A stretch of 64,000 nt of DNA from a virus (Duplodnaviria; Caudoviricetes). Positions 1 to 8,850 of this stretch are shown here, piece by piece. Position numbers and translations under genes: made by a program. The stretch covers positions 1 to 64,000 of the IMG/VR virus record IMGVR_UViG_3300030330_004210. One strand, written 5' to 3'. Numbering within the stretch: position 1 is the stretch's first letter; each line of letters begins with the position of its first letter. The notes below the pieces were generated by a model. The model was not told where the DNA came from, did not search any database, and was given only the letters and a program-made list of their open reading frames with translations.

Positions 1-75
1 TTTCTTCTTGCGTTTCTTCTCAAGAAGGTCTCTTACCTGCTCTCGAATGAGGTTTTCTAACTCTTGCCGCTTCAT
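1..75 (-). CDS. 5' part of a hypothetical protein running off the window (MKRQELENLIREQVRDLLEKKRKKK...)
   Basis: Manually translated; ATG at 75-73 just after the stop of the 78..824 ORF; carries the same L-x-x-L/I-I-R/K-E leader as its neighbours. Confidence 0.7.
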   Translation of the reverse strand, partial: MKRQELENLIREQVRDLLEKKRKKK

Positions 76-77
76 GT

Positions 78-824
78 CTAAGCACTCCTCTTGGCTGTGG
101 CTGTGGCAATTGCCATCTTCTTGTCCATTGCCATACCGGGGTTGTCTTTCTCAATAGCCATAGCAACCTCTTCGCGCTTATCTTTCTCGGCGTCGGTGAG
201 CTTTCTCTCTTTCTTTAGCTTCATCTTCTTTCTTAGACTAGACATCTTATACTTGCCCATCTTCTCCAGCTTGCTTAGGGCAGCAAGAGCGGCAGTGGAC
301 TTTTTCTCTAGGTATTCATCCTCAAGTCTATTTATCTTTTTTTTTATGTCCATACCCTCTTCAAACATGTCCATGTCGCCCAGATCCCCGTCACGCTCTT
401 GGTCAACATATGCGCTATAGTCGCCCTCACCTCTGTCGAACTTCTGGTCTTCGATGTAATCTTCATCAACAAAGTTCATGCTAACTCTTGTCATTGCACT
501 TTGGGCGGCGTTAGAAAGCTCCTGAAGCATACGCATTGCTTCTTTGTTAGAAATGCCGCCTGTCACAACCATATTGCCAAGTGCTGCAAGGAAACCATCA
601 AGGTCATCCCTCTCGCCCGTAGGAAAACTGATTGTCCCGCCAGTCAAGATATCGTCGAACAAGAACTTAGTCATTTGTTCTGTTGCCGCATCCATGTCTC
701 GTTCTGTGTCGGTCATGGGAGACTCGGGGTCACGATCAGTGAGGTCTGTCATCTCGTAAGCCTCAAGAACCTTAGCGGTCTCCTCTTTAATAATCTGTCT
801 GATTTCAGTGGTTGTGATTTTCAT
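78..824 (-). CDS. Hypothetical, probable internal virion protein
   Basis: N-terminal MKITTTEIRQIIKEE leader; acidic middle, basic C-terminus; AAGGA RBS. Confidence 0.6.
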   Translation of the reverse strand: MKITTTEIRQIIKEETAKVLEAYEMTDLTDRDPESPMTDTERDMDAATEQMTKFLFDDILTGGTISFPTGERDDLDGFLAALGNMVVTGGISNKEAMRMLQELSNAAQSAMTRVSMNFVDEDYIEDQKFDRGEGDYSAYVDQERDGDLGDMDMFEEGMDIKKKINRLEDEYLEKKSTAALAALSKLEKMGKYKMSSLRKKMKLKKERKLTDAEKDKREEVAMAIEKDNPGMAMDKKMAIATATAKRSA

Positions 825-845
825 TTGTTGTTTTCCTTAATGCTT

Positions 846-1163
846 TTATCTGAAGTTAGGCTTATCGTAGTATTTGTATTCTGGATGCTTGGAACCGGGT
901 AACGACTCGAAAGTGCCCGTGCTGGTGTACCATTCGAGGATAAGCTGCTTAATCGCCTCTTGAAACATTTCCTCTTCACCTTCCACCGTATCATCAATGA
1001 AAAATGCATTATATACCGTTTCCATGATCTTAGGGGCTAGAATCTCGGCGAGACCGACCGCGTGCTCTCTATGCGGGGGGCGTTCACCGCCAGTTCGCTC
1101 AACATCCATACTTGCCATCTCTTCTTTAATAAGGGCGCGAAGCTGCCTCTTCGTGATCTTCAT
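846..1163 (-). CDS. Hypothetical, probable internal virion protein
   Basis: MKITKRQLRALIKEE leader; GGAGG RBS; ACTAATTA motif at 1188-1195. Confidence 0.6.
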   Translation of the reverse strand: MKITKRQLRALIKEEMASMDVERTGGERPPHREHAVGLAEILAPKIMETVYNAFFIDDTVEGEEEMFQEAIKQLILEWYTSTGTFESLPGSKHPEYKYYDKPNFR

Positions 1164-1197
1164 AATTTAGTCCTCCACGACATAATATAATTAGTAT

Positions 1198-1845
1198 CTA
1201 TCTGGGTTGAAACCCAATTTCTTTCAATCTAGCAATAGCTGAAGCGGAGTCGCCAAAGGCACAGCGTATGGCAATGCCTCCCTTCTCTGCCCAAGGAATA
1301 AGATTCTTATCCCAGTCATCTATAAGCACGTTGGGTCTACCATTTGTGGTAGCCCACTTCCATTTATTATGACTCATAAATATCTTCGATGGCTGCGGGT
1401 TGAGATTGCTCTTAATCCAGTTTCTTTTGCCCACCTGCGAACCCTCGTCCATAGGCGACGTAAGAATGAATGGGTCGTAAGGGGAGATAAAGTTCCATAG
1501 ATCCTGACCTCCAGCCATCTCTGGAAGGGTGGACCAAAAACCTACATCATTGCCAAACCTCTCGTACATGTAGTTCCTAGCGGCTTTTATATCTCCACCC
1601 TTGCGAATGTCAGATACATCAATTTGTAAATCGCGCCCGGAAAGATCCAGTGTCCGACGCAAACGCCCCATCTCCGTCATACCACCTGTCGGCTTGCGGC
1701 TTGGGATGCTTTCGTCGCCAAGATCAATGTTGATCTGGTTTACAACGCCCTGCTCAAAGTCAACAAGAACGCCATCCATATCGCAATAAATTTGCGGAAG
1801 ACGATTTCTCTCTTCGTTTATGAAAGACCTCCATTCCTTAAGCAT
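1198..1845 (-). CDS. HAD-superfamily 5'(3')-deoxyribonucleotidase-like phosphatase
   Basis: Motif I DMDGVLVDF, motif II ILTSP, K in GKRNW, motif IV LIDD. Confidence 0.85.
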   Translation of the reverse strand: MLKEWRSFINEERNRLPQIYCDMDGVLVDFEQGVVNQINIDLGDESIPSRKPTGGMTEMGRLRRTLDLSGRDLQIDVSDIRKGGDIKAARNYMYERFGNDVGFWSTLPEMAGGQDLWNFISPYDPFILTSPMDEGSQVGKRNWIKSNLNPQPSKIFMSHNKWKWATTNGRPNVLIDDWDKNLIPWAEKGGIAIRCAFGDSASAIARLKEIGFQPR

Positions 1846-2630
1846 TATAGCTCCTTTAGACTTTTTGGGACAAACCTCTGAACAATGCAGTTCGGAATAG
1901 CTCTGCTGTTTATTGTTGGTATGAGAATTTGTTTTACATAAGACTGACCAGTCATAGCCTCTTGCTGTGGGTGGAACTTGATCTTAGCTCTGGTGCTATA
2001 TCCGCCCGCTGCCAAGGATCCGCGTGTTTCTGTAGAAGAAACAATAGTGACACCCTCGATAGAACGAATGTCTGTGAGGGTTGCATCAACGCCGCCTCGT
2101 ATTCTAAGGTAAAGCTCCACCTCAAAAACTCTTATCTTTTCCCTGTCTTCGTAAAGCACGTCTCCATCAACGTCCAAATTGTATTCATCCTCTTCTTCAT
2201 ACTCTAGCCTTTCAGACGCCTCAGCTTCAGTCTCAATATCCAAGATAGCGTGGGGGGGCACGTCTCCTACGATATAGTATGCGTCAAAATCTGGCAGTTC
2301 CATGTCGTCGTGAACTTCTGGTAGTCTCTTCATTTTTGCGAGATTAACTTTTACAAATGCAAAAGGAGGCTCTGCGCCTCCAAATATACCAGAATCAGGA
2401 CGAGAGAACGACGCCATGTAAGCGGACTCTGGCGACGAAAAGAGATATACTCTCTCTTCGCTGCTATCCTCTTCGCTATATGCATAATCACGATCACCTG
2501 CCTGTCTTGACCCCATAATACCACGGGCTCGTATGCCCTCGATGTTGTCTTGGCTGGTTACATGAAAATAAATTTTTGGTCTTCGCTCACTGGACTCTGC
2601 CACGAATCTTTTCCATCTTTCCAAAATCAT
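1845..2630 (-). CDS. ADP-ribosyltransferase-fold (Tpt1/KptA- or DarT-like) domain plus small C-terminal alpha/beta domain
   Basis: YFHVTSQDNIEGIRARGI, RVYLFSS and VPPHAI resemble NAD-binding ART-fold motifs; start moved to ATG 2630 because of the GAGG RBS. Confidence 0.6.
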   Translation of the reverse strand: MILERWKRFVAESSERRPKIYFHVTSQDNIEGIRARGIMGSRQAGDRDYAYSEEDSSEERVYLFSSPESAYMASFSRPDSGIFGGAEPPFAFVKVNLAKMKRLPEVHDDMELPDFDAYYIVGDVPPHAILDIETEAEASERLEYEEEDEYNLDVDGDVLYEDREKIRVFEVELYLRIRGGVDATLTDIRSIEGVTIVSSTETRGSLAAGGYSTRAKIKFHPQQEAMTGQSYVKQILIPTINSRAIPNCIVQRFVPKSLKEL

Positions 2631-2642
2631 ATTCCTCTGCAC

Positions 2643-2650
2643 TAAATAGT
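2643..2650 (-). promoter_or_regulatory. Putative late promoter ACTATTTA for the ART/HAD operon
   Basis: Sits between the hsp20 terminator and the RBS. Confidence 0.6.
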
Positions 2651-2662
2651 TTCCTACAACAA

Positions 2663-2688
2663 TAAAGGCACCCCGAAAGGTGCCTTTA
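2663..2688 (-). terminator. Hairpin after hsp20, probable intrinsic terminator
   Basis: taaaggcacc-ccgaaa-ggtgccttta perfect 10-bp stem; weak U-tract. Confidence 0.6.
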
Positions 2689-2714
2689 GTTTATTCGATA
2701 CTTTTGGCTAGCGC

Positions 2715-3155
2715 CTACCCAATCTCGATGCGACGAGGCTTGGCTTTAGCAACCTTGGGAACCTCGATGGTTAAGATCCCGTCCTTGTAGGCGGCAGACA
2801 CGTTTTCAAGATCGCAATCACTCGCAAGTGTGCGACCCCGTGAGAAGGACATTCCAAACGGTTGAGGTCGCGTCTTACTATCCGGCTCTAAATCGTATGA
2901 GACATACAAGACCTTATTTTCTGTGACCTCGATATTAAGCCCTTCGCGACGGGCACCGGGAATTGCCATCGAGATAACATCCTTGCCCTCAAGGCTCTCA
3001 ACACTAGTCTGTGGTGTCTTGCCGTCCTTCATGTAGCTCCTCACATCCGTGACCCGGCTTGCCCTGCTCATTGGGTCAAAGAATTCAAAAATATCCATGA
3101 AATCGCCAACAACTCGATTCGGCATTAAGCCCTGATTATAACGAATAAGTGACAT
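2715..3155 (-). CDS. Small heat-shock protein (Hsp20/alpha-crystallin)
   Basis: AIPG, FSR and C-terminal AAYKDGILTIEVPK...RRIEI motifs. Confidence 0.9.
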   Translation of the reverse strand: MSLIRYNQGLMPNRVVGDFMDIFEFFDPMSRASRVTDVRSYMKDGKTPQTSVESLEGKDVISMAIPGARREGLNIEVTENKVLYVSYDLEPDSKTRPQPFGMSFSRGRTLASDCDLENVSAAYKDGILTIEVPKVAKAKPRRIEIG

Positions 3156-3195
3156 TCAACTTTCTCCTATAAAGGGCACCGCGCCCTTTCAAATA

Positions 3196-3224
3196 AATGT
3201 AACCACCCACGACCAACAAGTCAA
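3196..3224 (-). promoter_or_regulatory. sigma70-type promoter for hsp20
   Basis: TTGACT-17bp-TACATT. Confidence 0.6.
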
Positions 3225-3577
3225 GTGGTTTTCCACATAATCTGTATCAAAATAATAAGACACGAAAGAAATACACATGTAAGCGTCTTCGCCGTGAACA
3301 TGCTCTCACCAAGAAGCCACCATGTTAAGATCGGAAAAGACACATAAGACATGCCGAAACCCAAAAACCTTGGACCCCACAACTCACCCATCGCCTGATA
3401 TGCATACTTGGTCCCATACCAGATAAAAACGGTTGTTGGCACACCGAACACAACCGCCGCAAGCATAGGTTTGTCAGCCCACCACTTCCATACCAATTGT
3501 GAGTTTGTCCCAAACCAAGCTCCAATCTGCCCCATCAAAAAGAAAATGCTAGCTATCAGCAGCTTCTGGTAATCCAT
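3221..3577 (-). CDS. Small four-helix membrane protein, DMT/SMR-like
   Basis: 118 aa, four hydrophobic segments, WWLLGE turn before the last helix as in DMT-superfamily proteins. Confidence 0.5.
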   Translation of the reverse strand: MDYQKLLIASIFFLMGQIGAWFGTNSQLVWKWWADKPMLAAVVFGVPTTVFIWYGTKYAYQAMGELWGPRFLGFGMSYVSFPILTWWLLGESMFTAKTLTCVFLSCLIILIQIMWKTT

Positions 3578-3578
3578 T

Positions 3579-4040
3579 TTACAATCCCCCTGTCCCCCAC
3601 TTCATGTAATCGTAGAGGCATCTAATTTTCATCTTGTTCCACTTAGCAGTATCAATCTCTATACCTAGCTTAAGCGCCAATTGACGACCGGCTTCCCAAG
3701 CCATAACCTCATTACTAATCACACTAACCGCATTTGCCTTACTGATCCTTTTCTTGAATGGCTGTCGTATCAAATCTGGGAATAGTGTTTCGTGCTCGTA
3801 TTCCCGGTAAAGAATAAAATGACCCGCTTCGTGCAACAGTGTATATAGTTGGTTTCTAAGCGTTTGTCTGGAGTTTATTGTTATGATTTGATCCTCCTCG
3901 CAGCAGCCGTTGGGCTCGTTATAGCTGAAAGATACAAAGATATCATACTTGTCAACTAAATAAGCCTCAACATGCTCTAGGTCTGCTTGAACGGGGTGAA
4001 TATCTACCTCTGTTACTTCGCTTTCCATCCTTTCCCCCAA
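3579..4040 (-). CDS. ImmA/IrrE-like zinc metallopeptidase
   Basis: TLLHEAGH (HExxH) and downstream NEVMAW. Confidence 0.7.
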   Translation of the reverse strand: MGERMESEVTEVDIHPVQADLEHVEAYLVDKYDIFVSFSYNEPNGCCEEDQIITINSRQTLRNQLYTLLHEAGHFILYREYEHETLFPDLIRQPFKKRISKANAVSVISNEVMAWEAGRQLALKLGIEIDTAKWNKMKIRCLYDYMKWGTGGL

Positions 4041-4408
4041 AAGTTTTTATTGTTTCTTACGTCTGTTACAAGAGACACAGAAATAAGATTATCCTCCAGC
4101 ATCTTGTAGCTGTCTAGAGAGAATTTGCTGCCATATCGAGGCTTACGGTGCCTTCTTGTCTCTGGTTTATTTATAAAGCTTAGGCAACCTTCGATAATCT
4201 GGTCATCCGTGAATCCAGATTCCCGATACATTTTATAATCCACTTCTATGTAAGCCACGACCGACCATACCTTTGTTCCGTACCCCTTCACAGGCAGGCA
4301 GGTCGAGCTATAATATCCAAACTTTTTCTTAGAGTTCTCCTCTTCTCTCTCAATGTGAAACCATTCTTTTACTTTCTTGAACGAACATTCAAACTCTTGA
4401 TCGGACAT
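4013..4408 (-). CDS. Hypothetical protein
   Basis: ORF tiling with neighbours on the minus strand. Confidence 0.55.
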   Translation of the reverse strand: MSDQEFECSFKKVKEWFHIEREEENSKKKFGYYSSTCLPVKGYGTKVWSVVAYIEVDYKMYRESGFTDDQIIEGCLSFINKPETRRHRKPRYGSKFSLDSYKMLEDNLISVSLVTDVRNNKNFWGKGWKAK

Positions 4409-4410
4409 GT

Positions 4411-4692
4411 TTACCCCTTTAGTAGTTGCTTGCTTCTCAACTTTGACTCTACAACTGCGGGAGAACCAACAACGATTAAGCTCACGCCTGTATTAAGGTG
4501 GATGCTAGTGAAGTCCATTCTCTCATCTATTTCAGGAGGCAGCTTTCCTTCGGGCAGCATGCCTTTCATGAAAGTGTTCTCTCTCAACATGGTTACTTGA
4601 TCAGGATTTACAAATACTTCTTTCAGCGTGTAATCAGATCTGGCGCTCAAATCATTACCTACCTTAACCACTTCAACAAGTTTTGTCACCAT
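4411..4692 (-). CDS. Hypothetical protein
   Basis: Start moved to MVTKLVEV with AAGGAGG RBS. Confidence 0.6.
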   Translation of the reverse strand: MVTKLVEVVKVGNDLSARSDYTLKEVFVNPDQVTMLRENTFMKGMLPEGKLPPEIDERMDFTSIHLNTGVSLIVVGSPAVVESKLRSKQLLKG

Positions 4693-4921
4693 CTTTCCTC
4701 CTTGGCTTATATAGATCTTTCTTAAGAGCATACCATACACGCCCCTCATACACAACAGGGCACCAAATATCATCTCCACAATCGCGAATTTCTTTTCCTT
4801 TGTCTGGCGCTACGAGAAGCAATGTTGGCTCATCTAGCTTTATAGTTGTGCCCCCCGTATGCAACAAAGAGGCTTGAGGGGCATATACTAAATCACCCGT
4901 CTTGTGGCTTTTCTGTCTCAT
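4673..4921 (-). CDS. Hypothetical protein
   Basis: ORF overlapping both neighbours in operon fashion. Confidence 0.5.
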   Translation of the reverse strand: MRQKSHKTGDLVYAPQASLLHTGGTTIKLDEPTLLLVAPDKGKEIRDCGDDIWCPVVYEGRVWYALKKDLYKPRRKDGDKTC

Positions 4922-5267
4922 TTTTCTTCTCCTGTAGTCTTCTTAGTTCCGTCTCCAAAGCCTGAACGACTTCGGGCGGGTATTCAGCCTTGCTGTCTCC
5001 CCCCACCGCCATCTCTGCAAGCGTCTTTGAATAGCCAGCCATAATATGCATGCAGTCATCAAGACGTGCATCGATAGAAGCGAGAATGTCTCGCATCGCT
5101 GCCATCTGTTCAACAGCTACAGTATAATTCTTTTTGTCGATTGCGCCAACAATTGATTCATATATTTCTGTTAGCTCGCCACCACCAGTGTCTGCCTCCT
5201 TCATAAATTCTAGGACCTTGGAAGGGACATCATCGAACTCAATGGAGTAGGATATATTTACTCTCAT
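4893..5267 (-). CDS. Hypothetical helical protein
   Basis: ATGA-coupled to the groEL stop. Confidence 0.6.
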   Translation of the reverse strand: MRVNISYSIEFDDVPSKVLEFMKEADTGGGELTEIYESIVGAIDKKNYTVAVEQMAAMRDILASIDARLDDCMHIMAGYSKTLAEMAVGGDSKAEYPPEVVQALETELRRLQEKKNETEKPQDG

Positions 5268-6820
5268 TTGTCCCCCTTAATAATAGCATGATTTGTGGTG
5301 ATCAAGGTTGAGGCAGCAGAGGATGCGTTCTGCAAGGCGCATCGTGTGACCTTGAAGGGGTCTACAACGCCTTCATCGAACATGTCCATCATTTTACCCT
5401 TGGCAAAATTCCAGCCCCTAGAGCCCTTGCTTTTGCAGATTTTTTCAACGACCACATCTGGGCTGTCGCCAGCATTTCTTGCCATCTGTCGAACTGGCTC
5501 CAAGATAGCCTCTCGGACAATATGAGCACCTCCGGTCTTTAGCTTTAACTTCTGTGAAGCCCTCACCAAAGAGACGCCTCCACCTGCCAAGATACCCTCT
5601 TGCTGTGCAGATTTAACAGCTTCAAGAGCATCTTCGATCCGGTGGCGCTTCTCAATCATCTCCACCTCTGTGGCAGCACCAACACGAATAACCGCCACAC
5701 CACTGTTCAGTCGGCTGATGCGGTCTTGGATTCTTTCGCACTCGTACATCGAGTCGGTCTGCTGAAGCTCAACACGGAGAGCGTCCATCTTCTGCACCAC
5801 AGCATCGGCGTCGCCCTTGCCTCCAATTATTGTTGTCTCGTTCTTGAGCACGTCGATCTTGCGGCAAGAGCCAAGATGCTCTAGCTGCGTGTCCTTAAGG
5901 CGTAGTCCGCTCTCTCTTGAGATAAACGTAGCGCCCACCGAAAGAGCCAAGTCTCTCAAAATATTCTTTCTCTCTTCGCCGTATCGTGGAGCCTTCACTG
6001 CCGCAACGCGCATCGACCCCCGAATCGCATTCATGATAAGAGCCGCCAAGCCCTGACCTTCAAAATCAGACCCAACAATTACAAATGGGCGCGACTCACG
6101 AGCGACCTGCTCCAGCACCGGCAAGATGTCTTGTACGTTCTCAATCTTCTCATCAGTAACCATGATCAAGGGCTCATCGTATACGACTGCGCCGCGACGC
6201 TCATTAGTTATAAATGAAGATGAGACATAGCCGCCATCAAACCGAAAGCCCTCAACTAGATCTAGGGAGGTCTCGATGGAGCGTGCTTCTTCTACAGTGA
6301 TCGAGCCGTCCTTGCCCGCACTGGTAATAGCAAGAGCTACCAGCTTTCCAATCTTCTCGTCGTTATTAGCGGAGATTGTAGCGATGTGCAGTATATCGTC
6401 TTCGCTCTCAATAGGTCTGGACAACTCTTCCAAGTCTTTTACAACTTGTTCGACCGCTTCATCAATCTCGCGCTTGAGCACAACCGGAGAGCAGCCGACC
6501 TGTATGTGGCTCTGTGCGTTCTTATAAATTGCACGCGCTAAGACTGTCGCAGTGGTCGTGCCATCGCCAGCCATCGAGTTTGTTTGCGCTGCTGCTTGCT
6601 TAATAATCTGAACGCCAGCGTTTTCAAAAGGATCTTCCAGATCGACAAACTTCGCAACTGTCACACCATCTTTAGTAATTACCGGAGCACCTTCGGACCC
6701 CTGTAAAATCACATTGCGCCCTCTCGGACCTAGCGTGGAAGCCACGTTGTCTGCTAGCACATCAATACCAGCTTGTATCTTTTGGCGCAATGCCATCCCT
6801 GAATCGTAATACTTCATCAT
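5264..6820 (-). CDS. groEL: Chaperonin GroEL (Cpn60)
   Basis: TLGPRGRNV, ITKDGVTVAK, AGDGTTTAT, AVKAP, GGGVSL; no C-terminal GGM tail. Confidence 0.97.
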   Translation of the reverse strand: MMKYYDSGMALRQKIQAGIDVLADNVASTLGPRGRNVILQGSEGAPVITKDGVTVAKFVDLEDPFENAGVQIIKQAAAQTNSMAGDGTTTATVLARAIYKNAQSHIQVGCSPVVLKREIDEAVEQVVKDLEELSRPIESEDDILHIATISANNDEKIGKLVALAITSAGKDGSITVEEARSIETSLDLVEGFRFDGGYVSSSFITNERRGAVVYDEPLIMVTDEKIENVQDILPVLEQVARESRPFVIVGSDFEGQGLAALIMNAIRGSMRVAAVKAPRYGEERKNILRDLALSVGATFISRESGLRLKDTQLEHLGSCRKIDVLKNETTIIGGKGDADAVVQKMDALRVELQQTDSMYECERIQDRISRLNSGVAVIRVGAATEVEMIEKRHRIEDALEAVKSAQQEGILAGGGVSLVRASQKLKLKTGGAHIVREAILEPVRQMARNAGDSPDVVVEKICKSKGSRGWNFAKGKMMDMFDEGVVDPFKVTRCALQNASSAASTLITTNHAIIKGDK

Positions 6821-7731
6821 GCTCCTCTTTCTTTTGGATATGGCAAGTTTGCCAAATGTGGGTTTAGCTCTTCGAATCGACGACGCAGGTGCTTGGTCTC
6901 AGATTTCGAAGAGCCTAAAATGTATGCATACTTGTGCTTTGGTTTGGTTTCCCTAACCAAGCAACTTTGTCTATATCTTTTTTCTTCTTCCTTGATATCT
7001 AACTTAACCTGTTCTGGCACCAATGTCCAGTCAGGAGAATACTTTTTCATCCACTTTTTAAACTGCTCTCGACCAACTCCAATATTGTCAGCGTACATAT
7101 AGTATTTTGACTTGTGTCTAAAGTTGCGATCCGAAAACCAGCCCCTTTCTGGATGCTCTGGATCAAAATATTGCTTAGAGGTTCCTGATGACTGCCCAAG
7201 GTAGTAAAAGTTGCAGGCTTGGTAAATCGTGCCAAGCTCTTTAGCCTCTGGGTCCGAATACGCTGTGAATATTCTAAAGTCTGTATTCTTTGCCATCCAC
7301 CTCACAGATCCCATCACCAACTTTGAGTTCAGCCCCTTGGGAGTCCAAGCAGCACATGCCCCGCGAGATATAAGCTTCTCCATATCTCTGCTTTCTTTTC
7401 CAAGTAAGTTAGAAAATGTATTTGGTGTTGCCATCACGATAGCACCCGCCGTCAGCACTCCAAAAGTAGCAACAAAACGATGAGTGGGGCGGGCTGGCAT
7501 TTTACCCAGCCACTCGTACTTCTCAATAAAGCTCTTAACGTTATCGCAGCCCTGCTTGTCATCCTTGGAAATATAGTCCATGGAAAAGTCACGAGGTCTA
7601 AGAGACGCTACCATAGAACTACTAAGGTTTAGGCTATCTAGGTCATCCCAAAAAAGCTGCTTCCTAACTTCATACTGCCAGCAATGTGATCCACTATACT
7701 CTTTAAAGCGGTTATATACTTCTTCTTTCAC
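6817..7731 (-). CDS. Mom-like GNAT-fold DNA (adenine) modification protein
   Basis: AYSDPEAKELGTIYQACNFYYLG matches the Mu Mom-family YSD...GTIYQA.NF.Y.G motif; KHKYAYIL and YPK C-terminal motifs. Confidence 0.75.
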   Translation of the reverse strand: MKEEVYNRFKEYSGSHCWQYEVRKQLFWDDLDSLNLSSSMVASLRPRDFSMDYISKDDKQGCDNVKSFIEKYEWLGKMPARPTHRFVATFGVLTAGAIVMATPNTFSNLLGKESRDMEKLISRGACAAWTPKGLNSKLVMGSVRWMAKNTDFRIFTAYSDPEAKELGTIYQACNFYYLGQSSGTSKQYFDPEHPERGWFSDRNFRHKSKYYMYADNIGVGREQFKKWMKKYSPDWTLVPEQVKLDIKEEEKRYRQSCLVRETKPKHKYAYILGSSKSETKHLRRRFEELNPHLANLPYPKERGA

Positions 7732-7749
7732 TTGTACCTCTAACTAACG

Positions 7750-8850
7750 CTATTTAGTATATGGCTTAAGAGGGAACAAAATATCAATAACTTGGTCCGC
7801 TGTTATACTAATAGAGTTCTTTATCGAATTAAACTTTGCAGCGGCAGTTGTTGAATAAGATTTGCCGTGGCACTTTACACGAACCCTAATAAACCCCCCT
7901 GACACGGCATCTTTAAAGCGCAACGCCGTTGGCAGTCTTTCTTCCCCGTCGTCGCTGATTGAATACAGCATATCATTATAAACTATAAACTCGTTTTCTT
8001 TCTCGGCGTAGTACCTCTCTACTCTTTCACCCAGATCTTCCACAGCGATATTGGTAAGATCTCCGCTTGATTGAGGATCATACGTTAAGGAGCAGGAAGC
8101 GTTGATCTGCTCGTCTATGGCATTGAAAATTGCAACCATCTCCTCTGAGTCAAGCTGCGTTTTTTGGACAAACACACCGTCAACACGCTGCACCTGAAAC
8201 TGACCAAAGTCAAGGCTTCCGACTCCACTATTTGTGTGCTTAGCCTCCAGTGAAAGAAACTGGTTTTGGGATTCAAAATCAGGACTCCAGATGGTGATAT
8301 CGGGGTTGTTTGTGGATCCCCCCTCATCAACAGCCTCGTATGGTCTGTCCATTTGTTGAAACTTTAGATTTAGAAATCTTGCCATCTGCGATTCATACTG
8401 CGTGCCAGTTCGACCGGCTCCAGCGCCAGAATTCAATTGAATTTCAATAGGGACTTTTTTACCGTTTTTTAGCAGGTCAAAGAAACGTGTTGTCGCACGA
8501 TGATAAAGCCCCAGCCTTTTTACTTTTGGCGCTTCAAGCCACCCCTTATCCACTAGGTCTCTAATTACGCTATCTCTCGTGGTCAAGTCCCCAAAATTCG
8601 TAAACTGAAGGACTCGCTTGCCCCTCTTTAGCTCTAGACTATGACCTTCGTAGTGGTCAGAGTATTTACGTTGAATGTATTTTACGATGTCAGATGCAAC
8701 CTTCTGTGTGCTACCAATTGGACCCCTTGGGATGCCATCCTTACCTTGATAGTATAGAGCTTCCTCTACCATCTCTTGCAACATGCCATTCACATCTGCC
8801 TTGGGCTTAGGCTCATAATACTCTTTTACTGTTTGTTCAAATGATTTCAT
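7750..8850 (-). CDS. PD-(D/E)xK restriction-endonuclease-fold protein
   Basis: GTQYE...NNPDITI...LSLEAK...DFGQ catalytic pattern. Confidence 0.65.
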   Translation of the reverse strand: MKSFEQTVKEYYEPKPKADVNGMLQEMVEEALYYQGKDGIPRGPIGSTQKVASDIVKYIQRKYSDHYEGHSLELKRGKRVLQFTNFGDLTTRDSVIRDLVDKGWLEAPKVKRLGLYHRATTRFFDLLKNGKKVPIEIQLNSGAGAGRTGTQYESQMARFLNLKFQQMDRPYEAVDEGGSTNNPDITIWSPDFESQNQFLSLEAKHTNSGVGSLDFGQFQVQRVDGVFVQKTQLDSEEMVAIFNAIDEQINASCSLTYDPQSSGDLTNIAVEDLGERVERYYAEKENEFIVYNDMLYSISDDGEERLPTALRFKDAVSGGFIRVRVKCHGKSYSTTAAAKFNSIKNSISITADQVIDILFPLKPYTK

